Positions 1-11,040 of a stretch of 64,000 nucleotides of DNA are shown here, piece by piece. Made by a program: the position numbers and the translations under genes. Source of the stretch: Mytilus trossulus (Eukaryota); contig NC_086379.1 in NCBI RefSeq assembly GCF_036588685.1, positions 23,994,001 through 24,058,000 of the forward strand, given 5' to 3'. The notes under the pieces were generated by a model. It saw only the letters and a program-made list of their open reading frames with translations. It was not told where the DNA came from and made no database searches. The first letter of the stretch is position 1. Each line of letters starts with the position of its first letter.

Positions 1-270
1 TTGTAAATTATAGCAGACTATTACTTCAACAATGATCAATGTTACAGCTATGATGATAGATATCAAGTTCTTCAGTGTACGAATGTTCTTTCTAACACAG
101 GGTATTCATAGTCAACATTAACAAGTTTTATCAATTTTAAAGGGGCCATAGACAGACGAATTGTTCATTTTCATTCTTCAAATCAGTGAATAAATTAAGT
201 ATAAAACCAAGACAAAATACACATGATTTCCAATATTCCTATGACTCAAATTCGACATATCATTTTCTGT

Positions 271-1137
271 TCATGTGGAAGTTAAATCGCAATTTAGATT
301 ACTGCATTTAACGGGGTTGTTACACAAATTCTCATAACAACAGTATCTACACATAGCACCCCATCTTTCTCTATATCCGGTTGTTGGTGATCTCTGCCAA
401 GTGCTGCATCCCTTTTCACAGCCATCATAGTGTCCGCTATCTCTTTCACATCCCACATATGCTTTTGGAATAGACGAAGGTAACACTTTTCCTATTGAGA
501 TTCGACAACGTTGCCCTATTGGACATGTAACCCGAGTTAAGTTCGGTTCTTTAATGTACTCACTATTTTCGAATCTGTAGAAGCCCTCGTTTCTATGGAA
601 ACATTCTAGTTGTTTGTTTGATGTCGTATACACTGATAGCCAGTCTGACATTGTCCAAGTCCCAATATTGTAACTTGACGTAAGACTGTCAAAAAGTTTC
701 AAGGTATGCCGTTCATAGAATTCGTTTGACAGAAAACAAGTAGAATCACATGTTGTTGTTTTATTGTTACATCCGGTTGAGGAACCACTCCAGCAGGTGT
801 CAGTTTCTAGACGAAGTTGCGCAGAGGCACAAATATGAGATCCATTGTATGCAAATGTAATTTTTTGTGTATTTGAACGAGATACACTAACACTGACCAC
901 ATATGATGAAATATTTCCTCCAAACGTAACCCCTGGTACCATGCTGGGAGCTTTACTGTACGGAACGCCATTTGTTACACTGCTATACAGATGTTCGATA
1001 TTTAGTTTTACAGAAGGTAGCGAAATTTCCGTTGTATCATCAACAGTTGCATTGCACTCAATCTGTGGCACATCTGCTGTGGCAGAATAAACAGCAAACA
1101 AAGTTACCAGGACAAGCTTACATAATATTGTATCCAT
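271..1137 (-). CDS. Intronless signal-peptide protein (288 aa) with unrecognised Cys-rich N-domain and C-terminal Ly6/uPAR three-finger domain (copy A)
   Basis: The ORF track starts at GTG 1203, but ATG 1137 begins a signal peptide (MDTILCKLVLVTLFAVYSATA). The C-terminus has LU-type Cys spacing LECF...C-x5-C...GC...C..GC...CRYCCYENLCN. Several N-glycosylation sequons (NAT, NIS, NGS, NKT, NLT). TATA box upstream. The frame stays open for 30 codons past the TGA at 271-273. Confidence 0.8.
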   Translation of the reverse strand: MDTILCKLVLVTLFAVYSATADVPQIECNATVDDTTEISLPSVKLNIEHLYSSVTNGVPYSKAPSMVPGVTFGGNISSYVVSVSVSRSNTQKITFAYNGSHICASAQLRLETDTCWSGSSTGCNNKTTTCDSTCFLSNEFYERHTLKLFDSLTSSYNIGTWTMSDWLSVYTTSNKQLECFHRNEGFYRFENSEYIKEPNLTRVTCPIGQRCRISIGKVLPSSIPKAYVGCERDSGHYDGCEKGCSTWQRSPTTGYRERWGAMCRYCCYENLCNNPVKCSNLNCDLTST

Positions 1138-1282
1138 CGTATTTAACTTTTTGTAAGATTTTAGTTTTCTTTTTCTGAAATTAGAAAAATATGTTTTAAA
1201 CACGAAAAGAACTACTAGTATTACGATTGTAGCAAAATCAGATTAACACGAAATCCTTTTACAACTTAAAAAAATTAACGGC

Positions 1283-1290
1283 TATTTATA
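1283..1290 (-). promoter_or_regulatory. TATA box of copy A
   Basis: TATAAATA on the minus strand ~145 nt upstream of the ATG. Retained in copy B (4989-4996), altered to TGTAAATA in copy C. Confidence 0.5.
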
Positions 1291-3055
1291 GCATGTACAG
1301 CATGTCAAATTAAAAAATAATGAATCACATTAGAATAATGCCAAATAATTCTTCTAAACTAATATCACTTCTTTACTATTAAAGCTACTATTTCCACAAT
1401 GATATTTATTCATCAATTTAGTAACACAAATCTTAGCTTATATACCATTTTTTTTTTAAATCTAGAATTATCTATAGATAACTAGAAAATAAATAAACAA
1501 AACTGTTTTTTTATTACATTGCACAATGTAAATTCCGGAATATGTAAACACTTTCTGAAACATAAATATAACATATACTCTTTTCTAGTTTGTCAAGAAT
1601 ATTCTACACTTGAAAATGAAATGTATATTACAGAAAAAATGGCAAAAAAGAAAATTCTAGTTATCTACTTACTACTATTCGCAGTTATGGTTAAAATAAT
1701 TTATCATTATTTACATTTTATATTATACTGTCAGGTACATGTACTCAATAGTACTTGTAAGATATCAACATTATCCGGAAACTACAGGAAAATTCGCGTT
1801 AACACTTAATTACGTATCATAAAAAATTGTTGATCAATAAAATTTAAAAATATTTTCATCCTGTCCGGTGACATCCAGTATTGAATCAATTTAGATTAAA
1901 GAGATAATTTTTTATAAACTGTTGTTATTTCTTCTATGTTAAATTTTTTTTTTATAGTTTTTTTTACATAAAAAAATAAGAAAGTGTTTTGTTTTCTAAT
2001 TTAAAGCTGGGAAATAAACCCTCGTTGATGACGATTAATCACAAGTAAATATATATCTGAGGAATGGTGTTTGTGATGTAATAAAACATTGTTATATCAT
2101 AAATCATACTTTTACTTATAAGGCAGTTTTATTTGCTGCAATATATAGTGTATACATATATGTATTTCCAGATTTTGTTTTTTTAGCATTGAATCAAGTG
2201 CGTATAAATACTAATATATACTAGTGAATTGTACTGTCTATTTTAATACAGTAAAGAAAATATAGAATTCGCAGAAATATGTCGTTTTACTAACGTCAAT
2301 TTTGCGAGATAAACCAAAACGAAGAAGAGGGTTATCTTTGAAAAGAAATGCTTGGTACTTTGAAATTAAAAAGAGATAAGATTTTATGTTATAATGAAAA
2401 ATCAAAACCAAGAGTTCAATACATACTTCCTACATATAGTTATCAACGGTACTATGATTATAAATTAAATACGGAAAACGCGCGTTTCGTTTACATAAGA
2501 CTCATCAGTGACACTCAGACCAAAATAGTTATAAAGCCGAACAAGTACAATGTTGAAGAGCATTGAGGACCCAAAATTTCAAAAAATGTTGTGCCAAATA
2601 CGGATAAGGTAATCTATTGCTGGGGCAAAATCCTTAATTTCAGCTAACCTCTAAACAGAAATATGTACAGTTCATTTCATTTTTTGTTAAGTTAGACAGG
2701 AATATGTTAAGTGTTTTTCTATGGAAAACAATTCCAAAAATCGACATTATGATGAGTTTTCTAAAGGAACCTCCAAACATGAATCCATGAAGGCAAATAT
2801 CTTTTTTTATAGCTAATATGTTAGGAAATTCGAATGTGTATCATAGTTAACAATTTGACACCAAAACAAAGCTAGCGTATGTTAAAATTTAAAACTAGTT
2901 TTACTTGTCGGTACTTGTACATCGTCGGTTTTTAAATAATTGGCTTTGAACGTTCCTGATGAAGGTAAATAAAAAAACCCGCTTCGGACGCATCACATTA
3001 TTAAACGTGTTGTTTTTAATTTTGTACCAACAAGAGACACGACTACTTTCTGTGA

Positions 3056-3117
3056 CATCATGTGTTCAACTATCACCGTACAGTCACATCATGTGTTCAA
3101 CTATCACCGTACAGTCA
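3056..3117. repeat. 31-bp minisatellite, 2 copies
   Basis: Unit CATCATGTGTTCAACTATCACCGTACAGTCA. Confidence 0.9.
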
Positions 3118-3930
3118 CATTAAAAAACCCAAGGAACAACACACTTTATCAGAACAATTTTCTTGGATATATAGCAGTTTGACAAACACTTATCTAAGAA
3201 TTGAGAAGCAAGTTATTTCTTTAACAATAGAACGTGATTCAAGCATTCAGCTGATTTTACAGAATTATCTCCCTGTAGTATAATGTACCACATTATTATA
3301 CGTAAAATAACGGGTTTATTATTTTTCGAAGAATCAAATAAGCACTTAAGTGTAATCACGTGAACATTTTATTGAGATAAATATATCAAAGGAAAATCAG
3401 TGATTCTTCTGTGCATTAAGATTTGTTAATGTCGATCATCTAAAAGTTAAGAATCTTTTTGAGTGGTAGATCACCAGTGGTAGATTTCGTCAACATATTT
3501 GAATTCTTATTTTAAATTATGAAATATGTTGTACGTTTACATAATTTTTTGAATAACTGTTTGTTTAAAGCACCTAGGAAAAGATTTGACGTGTTTTAGT
3601 ACTTATTTGTGAAAATACTCTTCTGTTGAATTATCTTTATATCTTTTGTTTTATGGAGGGGGGATGTTAGGATGAAATTTGAAAAAAAAACAAGCAGGAC
3701 AGGACCTTTGAGCAGGACGAGACACTGCAAAACAAAAAGGGAGGATGACAATGACAATGTTTGTAAAGAATGAACTAATTAAAAAGGGAGGGACCGACTA
3801 CAGTTAAAACTTTAAAAAAGGACAGAGATTACAACTAAAAACATGATCTATTCATAGTCCATTATAAGGATAATTACCATAGATATACGAACTGTTCAAT
3901 TATATTCTTTAAATTGGTATAAAACGGTAA

Positions 3931-4842
3931 CTACAACAAAAGCACATGATTTCCAATATTCCTACGACCCAAATTCGAAGTAAGATAGCAATCTAAATTA
4001 CTGCATATCTTGGGGTTGTTACACAAATTCTCATTGCAACAGTATTTACACATTAGAGCCCATCTTATTCTAATTCCAACTGGTGATATCTGCCAGGTAC
4101 TGCATTCCCCATGTTCTTGTCCACACCATTCATAGTGTCCGCTATCGCGTTCACATCCTACATAATGCTTTTTGGAAGGACGAAGGGAGATATTTTCCTA
4201 GTGTGATTCGACAACGTTGTTCTATTGGACATGGACCGCGAGTTAAGTTCCGTTCTGTAAGGTACTGATTATTTTCGAACCTGTAGAAGCACTCGTCTCT
4301 ATGGAAACATTCTAGTTGTTTGTTTAATGTGGTATACACTGATAGCTAGTTTTACATTGTACAAGTACCAATACTATAACTTGACGTAAGACTGTCAAAA
4401 AGTGTCAAGGTATGCCGTTCATAGAATTCGTTTGACAGAAAACAAGTAGAATCACATGTTGTTGTTTTATTGTTACATCCGGTTGAGGAACTACTCCAGC
4501 AGGTATCAGTTTCTAGACGAAGTTGCGCAGAGGCACAAATATGAGATCCATTATATGCAAATGTAATTTTTTGTGTATTTGAACGAGATACACTAACACT
4601 GACCACATATGATGAAATATTTCCTCCAAACGTAACCCCTGGTACCATGCTGGGAGCTTTACTGTATGGAACGCCATTTGTTACACTGCTATACAGATGT
4701 TCGATATTTAGTTTTACAGAAGGTAGCGAAGCTTCCGTTGTTTCATCAACGGTTGCATTGCACTCAATCTGTGGCACATCTGCTGTGCCAGAATAAAAAG
4801 CATACAAAGTTACCAGGACAAGCGTACAAAAAAATTATCCAT
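3931..4842 (-). pseudogene. Chimeric pseudogene of the Ly6-domain gene (copy B)
   Basis: -1 frameshift in a T-run just after ATG 4842; TAA and TAG stops at ~4346-4354; +1 frameshift near 4170 shared with copy C. The 5' half matches A and the 3' half matches C. Confidence 0.9.
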
Positions 4843-6692
4843 CGTATTCAACTTCTTGTAAGATGTTAGTTTTCTTTTTCTGAAATCAGAAAAATAGAAT
4901 TTAAACACGAAAATGAACTACTAGTATTACGATTGTAGCAAAATCAGATTAACACGGAATCCTTTTCCAACTTAAAAAAGGTAATGGTTATTTATACAAT
5001 GTACAGCATGTCAAATTAAAAAAAAAATATATCACATTAGAATACTTCTAAATAATTCTTCTAAACTAATATCACTTTTTTTACTATTGACGGTACTATT
5101 TCTACAATGATATTTATTCGTCAATTTAGTAACACAAATTTTAGCTTATATACCAAATTTTTTTAAAATCTAGAATTATCTATAGATAACTAGAAAGTAA
5201 ATAAACAAAACTGTATTTATTACATTGCACAATGTAAATTCCGGAATATATAAGCACTTTCTGAAACATAAATATAAAACATACTTTTTTTCTAATTTGT
5301 CAATAATATTCTAGAACTAAAAATGAAATGGATATTACAGCAAAAACGGCAAAAAAGAAAATGCTAGTTATTTACTTACTACTATTCGCAGTTATGATTA
5401 AAAAAAATTTATCATTATTTACATTTTATATTATACTGTCAGGTACATGTACTCAATAGTACTTGTAAGATATCAACATTATCCGGAAACTACAGGAAAA
5501 TTCTCGTTAAGACTTAATTACGTATCATAACAATGTCCGGTGACATCCAGTATTGAATCAATTTCGATTAAAAAGATAATTTTTCATAAACTGTTGTTAT
5601 GTTTTCTATGTTAAATGTTGGTTTTTTTTACATAAAAAATTAAGAAGGTGTTTCTTTTTCTAATTTAAAGCTGGGAAATGAACCCTCGTTGATGACTATT
5701 AATCACAAGTAAATTTATATCTGAGGAATAGTGTTTGTGATGTAATAAAACATTGTTATATCATAAATCATACGTTTACTTATAAGGCAGTTTTATTTGC
5801 TGCAATATATAGTGTATAAATATATGTATTTCCGGATTTTGTTTTTTAGCATTGAATTAAGTGCGTATAAATACTAATATATACTAGTGAATTGTACTGT
5901 CTATTATAATACAGTTAAGAAAATATAGAATTCGCAGAAATATGTCGTTTTACTAAAGTCAATTTTGCGAGATTAACCAAAACGAAGAAGAGGGTTATCT
6001 TTGAAAAGAAATGATTGGTACTTTGAAATTAAAAAGAGATAAGATTTTATGTTATAGTAAAAAATTAAAACCAAGAGTTCAATACATACTTCCTACATAT
6101 AGTTATCAACGGTACTAGGATTATAAATTAAATTAAATACTCATCAGTGACACTCAGACCAAAATAGTTATAAAGCCGAACAAGTACAATGTTGAAGAGC
6201 ATTGAGGACCCAAAATTTCAAAAATGTTGTGCCAAATACGGATAAGGTAATCTATTGCTGGGGGAAAATCCTTAATTTCAGCTGACCTCTAAACAGAAAT
6301 ATGTACAGTTCATTTCATTTTTTGTTAAGTAAGACATGAATATGTTAAGTGTTTTTCTATGGAAAACAATTACAAAAATCGACATTATGATGAGTTTTCT
6401 AAAGTAACCTCCAAACATGATTCCATGAAGGCAAATATCTTTTTTTATAGCTAATATGTTAGGAAATTCGAATGTGTATCATAGTTAACAATTTGACACC
6501 AAAAAAAAAGCTAGCGTATGTTAAAATTTAAAACTCGTTTACTTATCGGTACTTGTACATCGTCGGTTTTTAAATATTTGGCTTTGAACGTTCCCGATGA
6601 AGGTAAATAAAAAAAACGCGTCGGACGCATCACATTATTAAACGTGTTGTTTTTAATTTGGTACCAACAAGAGACACGACTACTTTATGTGA

Positions 6693-6816
6693 CATCATGT
6701 GTTCAACTATCACCGTACAGTCACATCATGTGTTCAACTATCACCGTATAGTCACATCATGTGTTCAACTATCACCGTGCAGTCACATCATGTGTTCAAC
6801 TATCACCGTACAGTCA
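6693..6816. repeat. 31-bp minisatellite, 4 copies
   Basis: Same unit as 3056-3117, expanded in the second duplication unit. Confidence 0.9.
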
Positions 6817-7114
6817 CATTAAAAAAAACCAGGGACAACACACTTTATCAGAACAATGTCCTTGGATATATAGCAGTTTGACAAACACTTTTTTAAGAAT
6901 TGAGAAGCAAGTTATTTCTTTAACAAAAGAACGTGATTCAAGCATTCAGCTGATTTTACAGAATTATCTCCCTGTAGTACCACATTATTATACGAAAAAT
7001 AACGGGTTTTTTTTTTCTTTCGAAGAATCAAATAAACACTTAAGTGTAATTACGTGAACATTTTATTGAGATAAATATATCAAAGGAAAATCAGTGATTC
7101 TTCTGTGCATTAAG

Positions 7115-7448
7115 ATTTGTTACTGTCGATCATCTAAAAGTTATGAATCATTTTGAGTGGTAGATCACCAGTGGTAGATTTCGTCAACATATTTGAATTC
7201 TTATTTTAAATTATGAAATATGTTGTACGTTTACATAATTTTTTGAATGACTGTTTGTTTCAAGCACCTAGAGAAAAGATTATTTGTTACTGTCGATCAT
7301 CTAAAAGTTATGAATCATTTTGAGTGGTAGATCACCAGTGGTAGATTTCGTCAACATATTTGAATTCTTATTTTAAATTATGAAATATGTTGTACGTTTA
7401 CATAATTTTTTGAATGACTGTTTGTTTCAAGCACCTAGAGAAAAGATT
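7115..7448. repeat. 167-bp direct duplication (2 copies)
   Basis: ATTTGTTACTGTCGATCATC...GAAAAGATT starts at 7115 and again at 7282; single copy in the first unit (~3421-3587). Confidence 0.9.
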
Positions 7449-7736
7449 TGACGTGTTTTAGTACTTATTTGTGAAAATACTCTTCTGTAGGATTATCTTT
7501 ATATCTTTTGTTTTATGGAGGGGGGATGTTAGGATGAAATTTGAAAAAAAACAAGCAGGACAGGACCTTTGAGCAGGACGAGACACTGCAAAACAAAAAG
7601 GGAGGATGACAATGACAATGTTTGTAAAGAATAAACTAATTAAAAGGGAGGGATCGACTACAGTTAAAACTTTAAAAAAGGACAGAGATTACAACTAAAA
7701 ACATGATCTATTCATAGTCCATTATAAGGATAATTA

Positions 7737-8687
7737 TCATAGATATACGAACTGTTCAATTATATTCTTTAAATTGGTATAAAACGGTAACCACAACAAA
7801 AGCACATGATTTCCAATATTCCTACGACCCAAATTCGAAGTAAGATAGCAATCTAAATTACTGCATATCTTGGGGTTGTTACACAAGTTCTCATTGCAAC
7901 AGTATTTACACATTAGAGCCCATCTTATTCTAATTCCAACTGGTGATGTCTGCCAGGTACTGCATTCCCCATGTTCTTGTTCACACTCATCATAGTGTCC
8001 GCTATCGCTTTCACATCCTACATAATGCTTTTTGGAAGGACGAAAGGAGATATTTTCCTAGTGTGATTCGACAACGTTGTTCTATTGGACATGGACCGCG
8101 AGTTAAGTTCCGTTCTGTAAGGTACTGATTATTTTCGAACCTGTAGAAGCACTCGTCTCTATGGAAACATTCTAGTTGTTTGTTTAATGTGGTATACACT
8201 GATAGCCAGTTTGACATTGTCCAAGTATCAATACTATAACTTGACATTAAACTATCAAAGAGATTAATAGTATGTCGTTTATAGTATTCGTTTGACAGAA
8301 AACAGGTAGAGTCACATATTGTCTTATTGTAACATCCAGTTGAGGAACGATACCAGCAGGTATCAGTTTCCAAACGATGTTGCGCAGTAGTACAAATATG
8401 TGATCCATTGTATGCAATTGCAATGTTTTGTCTATATGATCGCGACACAGTAACACTGACAGCATATGATGAAATACTTCCTACAAACGTAACCCCTGAT
8501 AAATGTTTGGGAGCACTACTGTTGTTACAATGTGGAACAGATGTTCGATACTCAATATAACAGAAGGTAGCGAAGTTTACGTTGTTTTATCAAATGTAGC
8601 ATTGCATTCAATCTGTTGCATATCTGATGTGGCCAAAAATACAGCAAACGAAGTAAAAAGGACAAAATTATAAAGAATTGCATCCAT
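7737..8687 (-). pseudogene. Diverged pseudogene paralog of the Ly6-domain gene (copy C)
   Basis: ATG 8687 gives MDAILYNFVLFTSFAVFLATSDMQQIECNAT; GAA>TAA at 8577-8579; deletion near 8520-8540; frameshift near 8030; CKYCCNENLCNN retained. Confidence 0.9.
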
Positions 8688-9559
8688 CGTATTTGACATT
8701 TTGTAAGCTGTTTGTTTTCTTTTTCTGAAATAAAAAAAAAGTTTTCTGTACAAGTAGAACTACTACGATTTTGGCAAATAAAGACTTTCACGGAATTCTT
8801 TTCTATCTTTAAAAAGTAACTCGCCGTTATTTACAGTATTCCAGTATGTCTAATGTCAAATGAGTATAGTTTTGTTTAGTGATTGAGATATATATCGATT
8901 ATAACACAATGTTGACTGCTTTATTTTTAACATCTTTATCTATTATGTCTGTTTGCTTTCCTCACGCATCTTTGTCAACATAATGAGATGTTAAGCTAGC
9001 TATACAAACAAGTCCATTCCAACATTTTCTACATAAGGAAATGTCTGTATAAGGTCTAGAATATTACAGTTGTTATCTATTCGTTTGATGTATTTTTGAT
9101 TTTGCTATTTGATTAGGAAATTTCCGTTTTGATTTTTCCTTTGAGTTTAGTATTTTTGTGATTTTACTTTTTAGGTAAAAAAAACAACCTATCTTTTCAT
9201 TTAATTGATTAAAATCTAATCGCGAAGTAAATTAAATAGGAAATTTGTAATCAAGAAAAGTATAGTACTCACTTTTTGTTTTTTACTCTGGACCCCGACA
9301 AGATTGATCTTTATGACACCAAGTCTATACATGAGTCTTTAACATGACAAAATTGCACTCCATACGTAGGGACGCATACAAAACGAAGGAGTAGGACATC
9401 TTAAATTAACAAGCCTTTTTGTGATATGATCGGAGTTTGAAGATATCTGTCAATAACAGGACCTCCTAGCAGTCGACGAGAGCAAGTTACAGAGAGACCA
9501 TCGAAATATTTGTAAAAATAAAGAGCTTGTTTCTATCTAAGAGTTGTTTTGATAAACTT

Positions 9560-10090
9560 TTGAAAGCGTCACTGATGAGTCTTTTGTATCACCAGCCCAG
9601 TAGCCATTACTTCGGTACTGGCATGAAAATACGGATTTGTTTGTGTTATTTAAATTTGCTATTACGAAATGTTAGAAATTATTATAAATTAAGGAATGTA
9701 TTTCCCTAATGCAAAGCTCTGATTCCTTTCACGGATTTGGCTATTCTTTTTGGACCTTTTGGATTATACATGTAGCTCATCACCTTTTATATAAACTTTA
9801 GATTTCAAATGTTTTGGCCACGAGCATCACTGAAGTGACAAGCATTGTCGAAATGCGCATACAAAAGTTTTGCTTTTCTACCGCAGGAATAGTTTACCTG
9901 AACGGTACTTGAAAAACCTTTCTAGGAATTTAGGTCCTCAATGCTCTTCAACATCGTACTTTATTTGTCTTTTTAAACTTTTTGGATTCGAGTATCACTG
10001 ATGAGTCTTTTGTAGAACATTGTGGAAGAAACGCGCGTCTGACGTTTATACAAAAGTGAATTTTGGTATCTATGACGAGTTTATTTGACG
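9560..10090 (+). mobile_element. Decayed repeats carrying degenerate hammerhead ribozyme motifs (Penelope/retrozyme-type)
   Basis: GCGTCA-CTGATGA-GTCT (9566); GCATCA-CTGAAGT-GACA..TGTC-GAAA-TGCGCA (9824-9860); CTGATGA..GAAA-CGCGCG-TC-TGACG (9998-10044). The segment ~9650-9860 is the reverse complement of the family at 63780-64000. Confidence 0.7.
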
Positions 10091-10379
10091 TCCGTTCGGA
10101 ATGGACGATTAACAAAATACTTCGAGAACTTCTGGCATGTTGCTACATAGAAATAGAAAGTTCACAATTGAGAAGCTAAAATCACCTCGTTTGTCGTAAA
10201 GTTTTGTTTTCAACCGACCCTCATTGTCAATTTCTAGATGTCAGTCGAGGTATGAGGCAGACTTTACTGTATCTGTTGTATCCTTTATATCTCTAGTTCG
10301 ATTGGATGGATGCGTTCAACATATTTTGATTTATTTATTAATAGAACATCATTCATATAGCGGAAAGTAAAGTTAAAGG

Positions 10380-10725
10380 ATATCGCTTACTCCTTATTTT
10401 CCAGTCTAAGAAGTTTTTATATGAAGTAAGCCTCATAATAATAAAGTTTGAAGTCAACAAGAAGAGGGGCACAATTGTTTCCAATTAGAATTCCGACAGT
10501 CTGTTGAAAAAGACACCCGCCAACCTTACATATGTGTTGTCAATTAAGAAATCAAACATCTTGATAATGTCAGTTTCAAAGAATCTTTTGTTTGAATCAG
10601 TGTGATCTTTTACACAGTAAGATTTGTCCCTCCCAAGGACAAATTACTTGTATCTACGTTGGCCATTCCTTTTTATGAATCAAAGCAATACCTCTTTCAA
10701 TTTGTAATTTATCTTTAGAATGTCA
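10380..10725 (-). mobile_element. Penelope-like element reverse transcriptase fragment
   Basis: Degenerate translation KRNGQRRYK..VLGRDKSY..DIIKMFDFLIDN..FQQTVGILIGNNCAPLLVD matches the PLE RT motif QQxxGIPMGTNCAPLLADL. Confidence 0.85.
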
Positions 10726-10839
10726 GATAGAGGTATTTTATTAACTGGTGAAACCAATTCTTCTTTACGGACGTGAAGTGTGGTGAATTGGAAACATTAA
10801 TTACCAAACAAGTTTACCTTCAATTCCATAAGCATTGAT

Positions 10840-11040
10840 TTAAGAATTGAATGCTTCTTTTTGTAAAATCATTAAATAATTGAATGCTTCTTTTTGTAGA
10901 TTCATTTAAGAATTGAATGCTTCTTTTTGTAGATTCATTTGGGGTGTAAAAGCAATGACTGAAGTCCATTCTAAAAATATACGCAAGGTCAACGCGTTTA
11001 CAACCCTATTACATCACTAAAAGAAGCATTCAATACTTTT
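10840..11040. repeat. Palindromic non-autonomous element with three ~33-bp head repeats
   Basis: AATTGAATGCTTCTTTTTGTA x3 followed by inverted AAAAGAAGCATTCAAT at ~11020; related pieces at 11240-11350, 13110-13200 and 43355-43450. Confidence 0.6.

Larger units (their letters stand above)
680..8245. repeat. Direct tandem duplication, units ~680-4385 and ~4386-8245
   Basis: Near-identical collinear sequence, e.g. 1380-1800 vs 5095-5510 and 3300-4340 vs 6990-8200. Both breakpoints fall inside the paralogous coding regions. Confidence 0.95.

Noticed and set aside
1-177. SECIS that would make the copy A UGA a selenocysteine
   Set aside because: An AUGAA...GAAA...UGAA pattern exists on the minus strand, but the arms do not pair next to the quartet and the UGA does not align to a Cys. 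Only 177 nt of 3' region is visible.
845-1178. Plus-strand ORFs overlapping the Ly6-domain gene (also 4083-4268, 7943-8128, 30311-30604)
   Set aside because: Antisense shadows of real coding sequence.
1138-1203. N-terminal 22 aa of the 310-aa ORF call
   Set aside because: Starts at GTG, precedes the signal peptide and is not conserved in frame in the paralogs.
6693-6816. 31-bp repeats resembling a CRISPR array
   Set aside because: Head-to-tail with no spacers, no cas genes, eukaryotic context: a minisatellite.
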